Assembly: GCA_030688025.1 (NCBI GenBank) | Contig: JAUYJL010000023.1 | Location: forward strand, 2,562-66,561 | DNA length: 64,000 bases | Origin: Candidatus Peregrinibacteria bacterium | GTDB taxonomy: Bacteria; Patescibacteriota; Gracilibacteria; UBA1369; LOWO2-01-FULL-3 | Direction: 5' to 3' | In this document: positions 1-8,407 of the stretch, in pieces | How positions within the stretch are numbered: the first letter of the stretch is position 1 | Layout of the letters: each line of letters begins with the position of its first letter | The notes under the pieces: generated by a model | What the model was told of the DNA's origin: nothing | The model's input: the letters and a program-made list of their open reading frames with translations, nothing else | Databases searched by the model: none | Position numbers and translations under genes: made by a program

Positions 1-479
1 TCTTCTCTTGAAAGTGAAATTGACCCTGCTAAAAGTGTCACAAAATATGTTTCATCAAAGCTCATGTCATTCTTTGGCAATTTTATCTTTAATGGTGCTA
101 CAAATTTTGTTCCAAGTGGAAAATTTGCAGGAGTGTTGTCTTCAGGTTCTTGTGGTGGCATTCCTTGTGGTGGAAAACCTTGGCCCATGTCTCCGCCGTA
201 CATTCCTCCTTGTGGTGGATACATTGGTGGCATTCCTCCCTGTGGATAACCTTGTGGTGGGTACATTCCAGGTGGGACTGCTCCTTGTGGATAGCCCTGC
301 GGTGGATACATTTCAGGTGGAACTGCACCTTGTGGCTGTGCTTGTCCTGCGCCTTGTGGTGGATTGGCTTGTTGTGGTGGATTGGCTTGTTGTGGTGGTT
401 GTTGTTGAGTTTGCCCTTGTCCTTGCGGGTTTTGCCCTGCAGGCTGAGCACCTTGTCCTTGAGTATTTTGTGAATCCAT
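1..479 (-). CDS. Pro/Gln/Gly/Tyr-rich repeat protein, N-terminal part only (gene runs off the window start)
   Basis: Hand translation of the minus strand from ATG (complement of 477-479) stays open to base 1: MDSQNTQGQGAQPAGQNPQGQGQTQQQPPQQANPPQQANPPQGAGQAQPQGAVPPEMYPPQGYPQGAVPPGMYPPQGYPQGGMPPMYPPQGGMYGGDMGQGFPPQGMPPQEPEDNTPANFPLGTKFVAPLKIKL... It is missing from the ORF track only because there is no stop inside the window. Listed ORFs 8..493(+) and 98..451(-) are other frames of the same repeats. Confidence 0.6.
   Translation of the reverse strand, partial: MDSQNTQGQGAQPAGQNPQGQGQTQQQPPQQANPPQQANPPQGAGQAQPQGAVPPEMYPPQGYPQGAVPPGMYPPQGYPQGGMPPMYPPQGGMYGGDMGQGFPPQGMPPQEPEDNTPANFPLGTKFVAPLKIKLPKNDMSFDETYFVTLLAGSISLSRE
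354..398. repeat. 18-bp tandem repeat (ttgtggtggattggcttg), about 2.5 copies, inside the P/Q-rich gene
   Basis: Units at 354-371 and 372-389 are identical, and a partial third copy follows. On the minus strand it encodes the repeated PPQQAN motif. Confidence 0.85.
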
Positions 480-573
480 ATAATTTAGTTTAAATTTCTC
501 CGAGATTATACCTTAATCCAGTTTATTTGGCTAGACAACTTTAAAAATGATGTATAGAATCAAGTGCGTTTAT

Positions 574-649
574 GGGCGGTTAGCTCAGTTGGTAGAGCGT
601 CTCGTTGACGTCGAGAAGGTCAGAGGTTCGAATCCTCTACCGCCCACCA
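574..649 (+). tRNA. tRNA-Val (anticodon GAC), CCA encoded
   Basis: The 76 nt fold by hand into a cloverleaf: acceptor GGGCGGT/ACCGCCC, D arm GCTC-AGTTGGTA-GAGC, anticodon arm TCTCG-TTGACGT-CGAGA, T arm AGAGG-TTCGAAT-CCTCT, discriminator A, then CCA. Confidence 0.93.
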
Positions 650-660
650 CGAAAAAATGG

Positions 661-688
661 CTCTGTCGTAGACAGAGATATTTTTTTG
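661..688 (+). terminator. Rho-independent terminator after tRNA-Val
   Basis: A 7-bp stem ctctgtc/gacagag with loop gta is followed by a T run (atattttttt). Confidence 0.7.
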
Positions 689-783
689 TTGCGGTGAGTG
701 ATGAGAAGTTTATAACCACCTGTTACTTCGCAGAGCAGTCATCTTTTCAAGATGAGCTCTGCTGGGCGTGCCCCGGAGGGGTA

Positions 784-802
784 AATCCTCTACCGCCCAC
801 CA
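784..802 (+). repeat. Direct repeat of the last 19 nt of tRNA-Val (att-like tRNA 3'-end duplicate)
   Basis: aatcctctaccgcccacca at 784-802 is identical to 631-649. The preceding bases (ggaggggta) still form a degenerate T-arm. No matching 5' acceptor strand lies upstream, so this is not a second tRNA. Confidence 0.8.
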
Positions 803-810
803 GAAATGTT

Positions 811-1055
811 TTATTTCCCAAGCCATTCTTTTCTTGAGATGTCGGTTTGTTTTGCTATGGTCAGCATCTCTCTGGCCGAGTATGATTTTCTCCCCATATC
901 AATTTCTGTGTATTTTTCCGTTGATTTGTTGAAAAGGCAGGTGTGGTCGCCCTTACTTCTTTTCTTTTCTTTTTCTTGATTTCTTCAAAGCCTTTCCCCC
1001 GCAAAAAAGAGATTATTTCTTTTGGTTTCCAATTTTTTAAAACAGGGCTACCCAT
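811..1055 (-). pseudogene. HicA-like toxin gene, apparently frameshifted in an A-rich run
   Basis: Listed ORF 861..1055 starts MGSPVLKNWKPKEIISFLRGKGFEEIKKKKRKE (HicA-like N terminus) and then becomes non-homologous. Another frame reads on from the A-rich tract (about 951-985) as ...KRSKGDHTCLFNKSTEKYTEIDMGRKSYSAREMLTIAKQTDISRKEWLGK*, with its stop at 811-813. That looks like the rest of a HicA domain. Confidence 0.5.
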
Positions 1056-1065
1056 TTGAATAAAA

Positions 1066-1428
1066 TTATTGGCATGCCCTTGTGCAATCTTTCGTCAATT
1101 TCTGCGGTAAATTTGGAATTAACAATTCCTTAATATGTTCTGTCCATTTCTCAAATTTCACGTTTTTTTCAATTTTTCTGTAATCGTTGAATTCTTTTTT
1201 GATTTCGTTGGGCAATGATTGATTGAGAAGATGTTCACCAAGCTTATTTTCGCATACATTAATTAAATATGATTTTGCATCTGCCAAAATACTTAACTTA
1301 GTGTATTCAGGATCCTTGCCTTCTCTAACTAAACATAGCTCCTCGCATGCGGCGACATATGTTTTATCCTTAATGGCAGGATAGAAATAGAAGGTTAAAA
1401 TTCCTTTTTTGTAAGTATTTTTATTCAT
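1066..1428 (-). CDS. Hypothetical protein, possible HicB-like antitoxin partner
   Basis: A 120-aa ORF lies 10 bp upstream of the hicA-like gene on the same strand. Its N terminus (LTFYFYPAIKDKTYVAACEELCLVREGKDPEYT...AKSYL) resembles the HicB N-terminal fold pattern. The similarity is weak and judged by eye. Confidence 0.45.
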   Translation of the reverse strand: MNKNTYKKGILTFYFYPAIKDKTYVAACEELCLVREGKDPEYTKLSILADAKSYLINVCENKLGEHLLNQSLPNEIKKEFNDYRKIEKNVKFEKWTEHIKELLIPNLPQKLTKDCTRACQ

Positions 1429-1504
1429 ATTAAGCGATGGATATTACAAAGGTTATTTTATTGTATATTTTTTTAGAAAATTATTCAATTGATGATTTGT
1501 TCTA

Positions 1505-1699
1505 TCATGCTGTTTTGGCATTTAAGAGATCACCTATTTTATCCATTTTCTTTTGTATTTCCGGCGTAACTTCAAGAGTTTCCACTTCCGGTTCGCTAAT
1601 TTGTAGGCCAAAGTTTTTTATACAAGCTCTCTTTCCTTTCTTCGTAGAAACATCAAAAGAAGCCTTAATGTCATCGTCGTCCGATATATGGTAAATCAT
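1505..1699 (-). CDS. Small acidic hypothetical protein (64 aa)
   Basis: Supported only by the ORF track and its position between the hicAB-like pair and the GNAT fragment. No recognisable motif. Confidence 0.3.
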   Translation of the reverse strand: MIYHISDDDDIKASFDVSTKKGKRACIKNFGLQISEPEVETLEVTPEIQKKMDKIGDLLNAKTA

Positions 1700-1728
1700 G
1701 TTTTAAAGATAACTAATTTGTTGATCAG

Positions 1729-1974
1729 TTACAACTGTATATTCTTGTCCCCGATTGGATGTAAGGCTTTTTTAATAACCCTATACCCATGCTTTTTGTA
1801 AAAATCTTTTGCTGTAACCGTAGATTGCAATATTATTTGCTTGCAACCAAGTTTTTCAATGGAATTCTCTGCTAATTTGAGTAAATGTTTTCCAATCCCT
1901 TTACCAACGTAATCTTTATGGACATAAAGTCCCGATAATTCTCCGTCTTGATCATGGTCCACAAAACCGACCAC
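1729..1974 (-). pseudogene. GNAT N-acetyltransferase, C-terminal fragment only
   Basis: The 81 aa contain the acetyl-CoA binding motif region (LSGLYVHKDYVGKGIGKHLLKLAE...FYKKHGY). The frame opens with GTG directly after an in-frame TAG, and a TAA lies 13 codons further up. The N-terminal half of a normal GNAT of about 150 aa is absent. Confidence 0.6.
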
Positions 1975-2040
1975 CTATTTGGGATATACGCAAATGAATG
2001 GTAATGTGGAATCGTCTTAGGGAAAAACATTTAATTTTTA

Positions 2041-3042
2041 ATGACCACTATCAAACAAAATAAGCATATAGAAGTTGTGATTTCTTCATTGTCAGGATTG
2101 AATATAATGAGCGCAAAGTCTTGCGTAGAAATTTGCAACGTACTGAAAAAGCATTTTACCGAAGTAGGAACTACGGTCATAAAAAAAGAATCAGATTTAG
2201 AAGATTTGGTTCGGAAGAAGCCTGATTTGGTGTTTTCCGGTGTTAAATATGTGGGCTTTACCAAAAGTTCAGTGGGCAGAGAATCTCCAGACAAGATTTG
2301 GCTATCAGAATATTTGGAATCAAAAGGAATAAACTATACTGGATCAAAAGTGGCTGCTCTCAAATTGGAATTTGATAAAATTTTGGCGAAAGAAGAAATG
2401 CAAAAAAATGATATAAACACCGCTCCATTTTTCATTGCAGAAGTTGGTCAATATAAAGTGACCGAGAAGCTTCCACTGCCTTTCCCTTTGTTTGTAAAAC
2501 CAATATATGAAGGAAGCGGAAATGGTATTGGCAAAGATTCTGTCATCACAAATTTCAAGGACTTCGAAACAAAAGTTGAATCTATTTATGAGGAATTTGG
2601 AAATCCGTCATTGGTAGAAAAATATTTGAGTGGCCGTGAATTCACAGTCGGGATTATTGATTCAATAGCCAATGAAGAGAAAACCGCAATGCCTGTTGAA
2701 TTAATAGCCGTCGCAGATAATTGTGGCAATAAAATACTGAGCTATGAAGCTAAAAAAGATGATTGTGAACGATTAATTCCATTACAAGACCCCAAAGAGC
2801 ACAAACAGGTTTCCGACTTCGCCAAAAAAGCTTTCACCGCTTTGGGCGCTAGAGATTATGGAAGAATCGACATAAGGATGGATGGGAGCGGAACTTTGTA
2901 TTTTCTTGAAGCAAATTTGTTACCCGGACTTAATCCAATCAAAAGTTATTTCATCAAAACCTGTAAAAAAAATAATCAGTCTAATTATGAAGATGCAATT
3001 TTGAAAATCGCCGAAATTGGACTGAGAAGATCTTTAGATTAA
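2041..3042 (+). CDS. ATP-grasp enzyme of the D-alanine--D-alanine ligase family
   Basis: 333 aa with motifs FVKPIYEGSGNGIGKDSV, EKYLSGREFTVGII and ARDYGRIDIRMDGSGTLYFLEANLLPGL, typical of the Ddl-type ATP-grasp C-terminal domain. Confidence 0.8.
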   Translation: MTTIKQNKHIEVVISSLSGLNIMSAKSCVEICNVLKKHFTEVGTTVIKKESDLEDLVRKKPDLVFSGVKYVGFTKSSVGRESPDKIWLSEYLESKGINYTGSKVAALKLEFDKILAKEEMQKNDINTAPFFIAEVGQYKVTEKLPLPFPLFVKPIYEGSGNGIGKDSVITNFKDFETKVESIYEEFGNPSLVEKYLSGREFTVGIIDSIANEEKTAMPVELIAVADNCGNKILSYEAKKDDCERLIPLQDPKEHKQVSDFAKKAFTALGARDYGRIDIRMDGSGTLYFLEANLLPGLNPIKSYFIKTCKKNNQSNYEDAILKIAEIGLRRSLD

Positions 3043-3058
3043 TAATCCTCTATTTCTT

Positions 3059-4240
3059 ATGAAATTTCCAAAAAGTGTTATGAGATGGGCGTATTATGAT
3101 TTTGCAAATTCGGCTTATTATCTGATCTATCCGTCTTTTTTATTGCCTGTTTTCTTTTCGACTGTTTTATTAACACATGGATATTCATTGAGCGCGTGGG
3201 GATTTGCAAATGCAGTTGCCACACTCATTGGCGTTTTACTTGCAGTTTTTATTGGAAAATTTTCCGATAAAACGAGTAAATTCCATTCTTTTAAATGGTC
3301 AATAATAATATCATTTTTTGGGATGGTGGCACTTTCTTTTGCTGTAAAATATGCGCTTGGATATGTTTATTCCCTCTATATTTTCACACATGCTATTTTT
3401 ATTTTGGCTTTATCCCTTGCCGATTCGATTTTGCCGCATGTATCTACTAAAGAAAATTCTTATGAATATGGCGGATTTGCGTGGGGATTTGGTTATGTTG
3501 GTGGCATATTCGCGCTTATTATCGCGGTAATTTTTCAAAAATTAACAGGCGATGATTATTCCCCTATCGTTTTCTTAAGCACTGCAATTTTTTATATAAT
3601 TTTTTCCGCGTATTCATTGCACGGGCTTAAGGGTGTGCAATTAAACGAGGCACCTCCACTTGTAAAAAAAGTATCTATATCAAAATTTAATAAATTTTTA
3701 TTGTTTTTGGGATATTGGTTCATTAGTGAAGGAGTCACTGTAATCTTTCTATTTATGGGCATATATCTATCCAAAGAATTTGGATTTTCGAATATGAAAA
3801 TTGGGGCGTGCTTGCTTCTTGTCCAACTTATCGGGTTTCCCGCGACTTGGTACGGGGGCTATTTGACGAAGAAATTTAGCGTTATCACATTGCTTGGATG
3901 GACTATTTTGCTATGGGGAATTTCAATTTTTTTCCTCGTTGTGAATGTGGGGATGATTGGCTTGGCTATCCTTATTTTCACCGGTGCGCTAGCGATAGGA
4001 AACAGCCAATCTTATTTACGATCCCAATATTCTAATATCATTGAACCTAGCGAATCAGGATTCCAATTCGGTCTTTTTTCAATAGTTTCAAAGGCCGCCG
4101 TTTTTATCGGGCCGATCCTTTATGGCTATGGAAGCGATTATTTCAACAGTCAAAAAATTCCGCTGATTATACTGTACATAACAATGGTGATTGGATTTGT
4201 TTTAATTTGGAGGGCAGTCAGGAGAATATCTGTAAAATAA
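3059..4240 (+). CDS. MFS transporter (UMF1/Atg22-like N terminus)
   Basis: 393 aa with many hydrophobic helices. The N-terminal WAYYDFANSAYY motif is characteristic of the UMF1/Atg22-like MFS group. Confidence 0.8.
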   Translation: MKFPKSVMRWAYYDFANSAYYLIYPSFLLPVFFSTVLLTHGYSLSAWGFANAVATLIGVLLAVFIGKFSDKTSKFHSFKWSIIISFFGMVALSFAVKYALGYVYSLYIFTHAIFILALSLADSILPHVSTKENSYEYGGFAWGFGYVGGIFALIIAVIFQKLTGDDYSPIVFLSTAIFYIIFSAYSLHGLKGVQLNEAPPLVKKVSISKFNKFLLFLGYWFISEGVTVIFLFMGIYLSKEFGFSNMKIGACLLLVQLIGFPATWYGGYLTKKFSVITLLGWTILLWGISIFFLVVNVGMIGLAILIFTGALAIGNSQSYLRSQYSNIIEPSESGFQFGLFSIVSKAAVFIGPILYGYGSDYFNSQKIPLIILYITMVIGFVLIWRAVRRISVK

Positions 4241-4242
4241 TT

Positions 4243-5892
4243 TTAATAAACCGCTTCAATATAGCATTTTTCACAGTAGACTTTTTCTTTGCGAGCTTGT
4301 TCGTAGACTGAGGAAATTTCTTTAGCGCATTTACTGCATTTCCTATCAAAAAGTTTTCGTGAAGTGCGTAGTTCCATTCTGTCTAAGTGCCTTTGATCGG
4401 GGTCTTTTCTCGGCAGAGGTAAGCCATTTTTCTTGTAAAAATCAAATTCCTTTTGGATGATTTTGAATAATTTTCCTGTGGACTGTGCTTTTATTGCTTT
4501 GGCTATTCCCGCTCCTTCAATGATGTCAGGTAAATCTTCCGCGTTTATTACATCTGCATTTTCAGCTTTTGAAACTTGTTCCTGTTCTTGCCAGTTGTAT
4601 CCGTGCTTTGACGCCTCTTCTTTGTTCAAAGGAAAATATTCCTGCGCGACCGTTTCGTTGTAGCCAAATGGAGAATATTTCGCTGGCGAGAATTCGCCAA
4701 ATCCCCCATTCTTTTCCAGATGAGCAATAATTTTCGGAACTAATTCTTCGTACTCTTCCTTTGTGTATTGTTTATTTAAAATGCAATATTGTTTGTGATT
4801 CAAGCCGTCGCAGCCAAAAAGATTTTTTGAATTATTGCATTGGTCGCAATAAAAAACTTCATTACAAAAATGGCTGGCCATACTGAACGCACTATTTGTC
4901 ATGCTTAGAGTGCTGATAAGTTCGTATGAAAGTTCAGGTTTATACAACGAATAATTCAAATCCATACAATCTTTCGCGTCCAAAACATCGTATAAATAAG
5001 CGCAATCCTCGCAATTTGTGACATTGAAAGCTTCGTTCACGTGTTTGCAATTTTTCAAATCATTACCGCTTGAGTCTTCGCAACTGACCTGATAGCTATC
5101 TCTAAAAATTGCGTTGTCGACTAAATGTTTTTTCCAAAATTGGCGAACGTTTTGTAAATTTTTGTATGAGCCATTGAAAATTTCTTTCATTTTTTTCGCG
5201 TAGTCTTCTTTTGAAACTTGTTTGTTGAAAATGTAATATTCTTTGTTTCTCAAATTGCTACAACCGATACAATTCTTACAACCAATACAGTCGTAGCAAA
5301 AGGCCAAATCTGAACAATTATTGCAATATTGTGAAAGTTTTACATTGTAGCAATCGTATGAATTTAGAGTTTCATAACAAAGCGTTGAATTATAAACAAA
5401 TGTGCAGTCGATGCAGTCTTTGCTGAATTTTGTAAAAAGATTGTAATAGCAATCTTCGTTTCCCTCGCCGGCAATGTCGAGATAGCAGTTTTTATCGTCA
5501 CCGCAATAATTGCAATATTCGCTGTTTTCACAATTCACTATATCGAGATTCATGCGCGGTACTGCGAGTTGAAGTTCTTTAAATTGTTCAAAAAATGGAC
5601 GATTAAAATCAAAGTCTCTGCCGTAATCCATCGCATCCCATTTATCTCCGTACCATTCTGATTGAGTATAAACTTTGTATGGAGTGTTTTCAGGATAAAG
5701 TGAAATCATTGTTGTTCCGCTTAGTGCCGATTTTGCCTTGTAGAAAGTGCGATCATTGCGCCATGCCATTCTCCTTTTGTTCCTACACGTAGGGCAAAAC
5801 GTCGGAGTCGGAAGATTTGTACGCGTAAAAAAAGCCTTTTGATTATCATCGATTTCAAAATCGTGCCCGCAATTTTTACAACCTTTTGTCAT
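4243..5892 (-). CDS. Cysteine-rich zinc-ribbon repeat protein of unknown function
   Basis: 549 aa with about 34 Cys (hand count). There are CxxC...CxxC ribbons at both ends (CKNCGHDF...CPTCRNKRR, CSKCAKE...CEKCY) and a central array of C-x2-C / C-x(5-12)-C units (CENSEYCNYCGDDKNCY...CYDCIGCKNCIGC). Confidence 0.75.
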   Translation of the reverse strand: MTKGCKNCGHDFEIDDNQKAFFTRTNLPTPTFCPTCRNKRRMAWRNDRTFYKAKSALSGTTMISLYPENTPYKVYTQSEWYGDKWDAMDYGRDFDFNRPFFEQFKELQLAVPRMNLDIVNCENSEYCNYCGDDKNCYLDIAGEGNEDCYYNLFTKFSKDCIDCTFVYNSTLCYETLNSYDCYNVKLSQYCNNCSDLAFCYDCIGCKNCIGCSNLRNKEYYIFNKQVSKEDYAKKMKEIFNGSYKNLQNVRQFWKKHLVDNAIFRDSYQVSCEDSSGNDLKNCKHVNEAFNVTNCEDCAYLYDVLDAKDCMDLNYSLYKPELSYELISTLSMTNSAFSMASHFCNEVFYCDQCNNSKNLFGCDGLNHKQYCILNKQYTKEEYEELVPKIIAHLEKNGGFGEFSPAKYSPFGYNETVAQEYFPLNKEEASKHGYNWQEQEQVSKAENADVINAEDLPDIIEGAGIAKAIKAQSTGKLFKIIQKEFDFYKKNGLPLPRKDPDQRHLDRMELRTSRKLFDRKCSKCAKEISSVYEQARKEKVYCEKCYIEAVY

Positions 5893-5998
5893 TTGGGCTC
5901 ATTCTATCACTTTCCTATGTGGTGACTAGTCAAAATTATTGAATTGCTATTTGGCTCAGTGCTCGTATACTTTTAAAGTATTTTAACCTTTGAATTCT

Positions 5999-6508
5999 AT
6001 GAAAAAAATATTTGTTTGTTCCGTTTTTACTTTAGTTTTGCTTTCTGGGTGTGGTTTTGGTGGAAGTGCGAGTAAGGTTTCAGATGTTGCATCTGAAGAA
6101 ACAGGCAATGAATTGGCCGAAAAGCTCATCGAGGGGAATAGTGGCATTGATATTGAAATAAGCCAAGAAGGTGAAGCAGGAGTTGCATGGCCGGCAGGAA
6201 TTTCGCTTGAGGTTCCGGAATTTAAATATGGAAAACTTGAAGTGACTTTTGACGGATCAAAGACTGAGGCGAATACGCTTATTCAAATAAAGAATGTTGA
6301 AGCAGACGCTTTCTCTAAATATGCAAAAGATTTGAGAGCAAAAGGATGGCAAGTAGAAGACAATGTTCTGAAAGATTATGGCCTTGAAGGAGTCCGTCTT
6401 GAAGCTACAAAAGGAGATCTCACATTATATTTAGACAAAGATCCTGTCGGTGAAAACACCGCATTTTTGAGTATAGAAAAATTTGGACAAATATCTCCAA
6501 TTGAATAA
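5999..6508 (+). CDS. Lipoprotein (signal peptide with lipobox LSGC)
   Basis: MKKIFVCSVFTLVLLSGCGFGG at the ATG 5999. The listed ORF starts 9 nt earlier at a TTG. Confidence 0.75.
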   Translation: MKKIFVCSVFTLVLLSGCGFGGSASKVSDVASEETGNELAEKLIEGNSGIDIEISQEGEAGVAWPAGISLEVPEFKYGKLEVTFDGSKTEANTLIQIKNVEADAFSKYAKDLRAKGWQVEDNVLKDYGLEGVRLEATKGDLTLYLDKDPVGENTAFLSIEKFGQISPIE

Positions 6509-6547
6509 AATTTTAAAATAATTTTAAGAAGATTTTAAGAATTTTTA

Positions 6548-7246
6548 ATGTGGACACTTTATTGTGTCCATATGTTTTTAGATTTTCTGTTTCCAAAAAG
6601 GTGTATCAACTGCGAGAAATTTGAAGATTTCTTGTGTAAGGAATGTAAAAATTCTTTAAAAGTTGTTGGATTTCAGAGGTGTCCTAACTGTAAAAGAAAG
6701 AATTTTTGCGGGAAGTTTTGCGACATGTGTCTCGGAAGTTTTTATTTTGATCAATTAATTTTGTGTTTTCTATACGACAGAAATACCGTTCTACAAAAAT
6801 TAGTTGTGAATTTTAAATACAAATTTTTGAGAGATATAAGTAAATTTTTTATAAATATTCTTGAGAATCAATTTTTAAAATTTTTTAGCGGCGAAAATAT
6901 CGTTGTTGTTCCCGTACCTATGAGCAAAGAAAAAATAAGGCTACGTGGAGACAATCATGCGAAAATTCTTGCTGACAATTTTGCGAAAAAATTAAATCTA
7001 AAATTTTGTGATGCACTTTGGCGAATTCATCGAGAAGATCAGGCGAAATTAAAAAGAAACGATCGACTGATAAACCTCAAAAATTCTATTTTCGTGAAAA
7101 AAGGATATGAAAGCTTTTTGTTTGGAAAAACTGTCATTTTGATCGATGATATTGTAACAACTTGTTCCACTGTGAATGAATGCAGTAAAGCCTTGAAAAC
7201 GGCTAAAGCTAAATATATCTGTGTTTTGGCGCTTGCGAGAGGATAG
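6548..7246 (+). CDS. comFC: ComF family protein (phosphoribosyltransferase domain)
   Basis: N-terminal double CxxC (CINCEKF..CKECK, CPNCKRK..CDMC) and a C-terminal PRPP-binding loop VILIDDIVTTCST. Confidence 0.8.
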   Translation: MWTLYCVHMFLDFLFPKRCINCEKFEDFLCKECKNSLKVVGFQRCPNCKRKNFCGKFCDMCLGSFYFDQLILCFLYDRNTVLQKLVVNFKYKFLRDISKFFINILENQFLKFFSGENIVVVPVPMSKEKIRLRGDNHAKILADNFAKKLNLKFCDALWRIHREDQAKLKRNDRLINLKNSIFVKKGYESFLFGKTVILIDDIVTTCSTVNECSKALKTAKAKYICVLALARG

Positions 7247-7282
7247 GCTTTCTGGTAGAGTTTTTTGGGCTTAAAAAATTAT

Positions 7283-8398
7283 ATGAAAATTGGCATAGAC
7301 GCTTCAAGATATGGGCACGAAAGTTCCACAGGAGTTGAGTGGTATAGTTTCAATATTATAAACTCATTGCTTGATATCGCTGAAAAAGATAATGATGAAA
7401 TTTTTCTTTACTCTAAAGAAAAACTCCCTGTCGCGAACAAAAATTTTATTCACAATATTGTAATCAAATCAAAAAGGCTGTGGACTCTTTTTTGGCTTTC
7501 TTTAGAAATGATGAAAAAGAAAATCGATGTGCTTTTTGTGCCTTCTCATGTTTTGCCTCTAATAAGACCAAAACGAAGTGTCATTACTATTCATGATGTT
7601 GCTTTCAGATATTTAAAAAATGCATATTCTTCTTTTCAATATAATTATCTAAACTGGAGTACAAAGTATGCAGTGAGGCATGCCTCGAAAATTATTGTTC
7701 CAAGTAATGCGACCAAAAATGATCTGATTCATTTTTTCAAATGTTTGGAAGAAAAAATCGTGGTAATCCCCCATGGATTTAGTCCATCAAAAATTGATGA
7801 TACAACTATCGAAAAACAATTTTCGGAATCTGATCTTTTCAAAAATTTTCGCATTAATAAAGAAATGAAATTTATACTTTTTGTCGGACGACTTGAAAGT
7901 AAAAAAAATCTTGAAAGACTTATAGAGGCGTTCAATAAATTCCTCAAGGAGAACGGCGATTTTTACCTTGTTCTTGCGGGGAAAAGAGGAGTTGGGTTTG
8001 ATAAAATTTTGAATACAGTGAAGCACCTTGGAATTGATGACAAAGTTATTATGCCCGGATATGTGACCGAAGAAGAAAAAGCCACTCTTATGAAATATTG
8101 TACTGTTTTCGCATTTCCATCTTTGTATGAAGGCTTTGGTTTTCCCATTCTGGAAGCATTCTCATATCGCAAACCTGTTTTGACTTCTCGAGTCTCTTGT
8201 CTTCCCGAAGTTGGAGGCGATGCATGTCACTATATAGACCCATACGATGTTCAGATTATCGCTGATGGCCTTGATAAATTGGCAAATGACAAAAGATACA
8301 GAGAGGAAATTTCGGTGAAAGGTTTCGAAAGATTGTCTTTGTTTTCTTGGGAAGATTGCGCAAAAAAAACGCTGGATGTTTTGAAAGGTAATGTGTAA
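7283..8398 (+). CDS. Glycosyltransferase family 4 (GT-B)
   Basis: MKIGIDASRYG start and the C-terminal EGFGFPILEAFSYRKPVLTSRVSCLPEVGGDA motif (E-x7-E type). The track ORF begins at an upstream TTG (7265). Confidence 0.85.
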   Translation: MKIGIDASRYGHESSTGVEWYSFNIINSLLDIAEKDNDEIFLYSKEKLPVANKNFIHNIVIKSKRLWTLFWLSLEMMKKKIDVLFVPSHVLPLIRPKRSVITIHDVAFRYLKNAYSSFQYNYLNWSTKYAVRHASKIIVPSNATKNDLIHFFKCLEEKIVVIPHGFSPSKIDDTTIEKQFSESDLFKNFRINKEMKFILFVGRLESKKNLERLIEAFNKFLKENGDFYLVLAGKRGVGFDKILNTVKHLGIDDKVIMPGYVTEEEKATLMKYCTVFAFPSLYEGFGFPILEAFSYRKPVLTSRVSCLPEVGGDACHYIDPYDVQIIADGLDKLANDKRYREEISVKGFERLSLFSWEDCAKKTLDVLKGNV

Positions 8399-8407
8399 AT
8401 TTACCTT

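Noticed and set aside
8-493. Listed ORFs 8..493(+), 64..249(+), 150..473(+) and 98..451(-) as genes
   Set aside because: All are alternative frames of the same repetitive DNA. The minus-strand frame starting at 479 gives a coherent P/Q/G-rich protein that continues into normal sequence and off the window. The others give Val/Leu or His/Lys repeat artefacts.
547-837. 96-aa ORF on the plus strand
   Set aside because: It runs straight through tRNA-Val, its terminator and the duplicated tRNA 3' end, so it is not coding.
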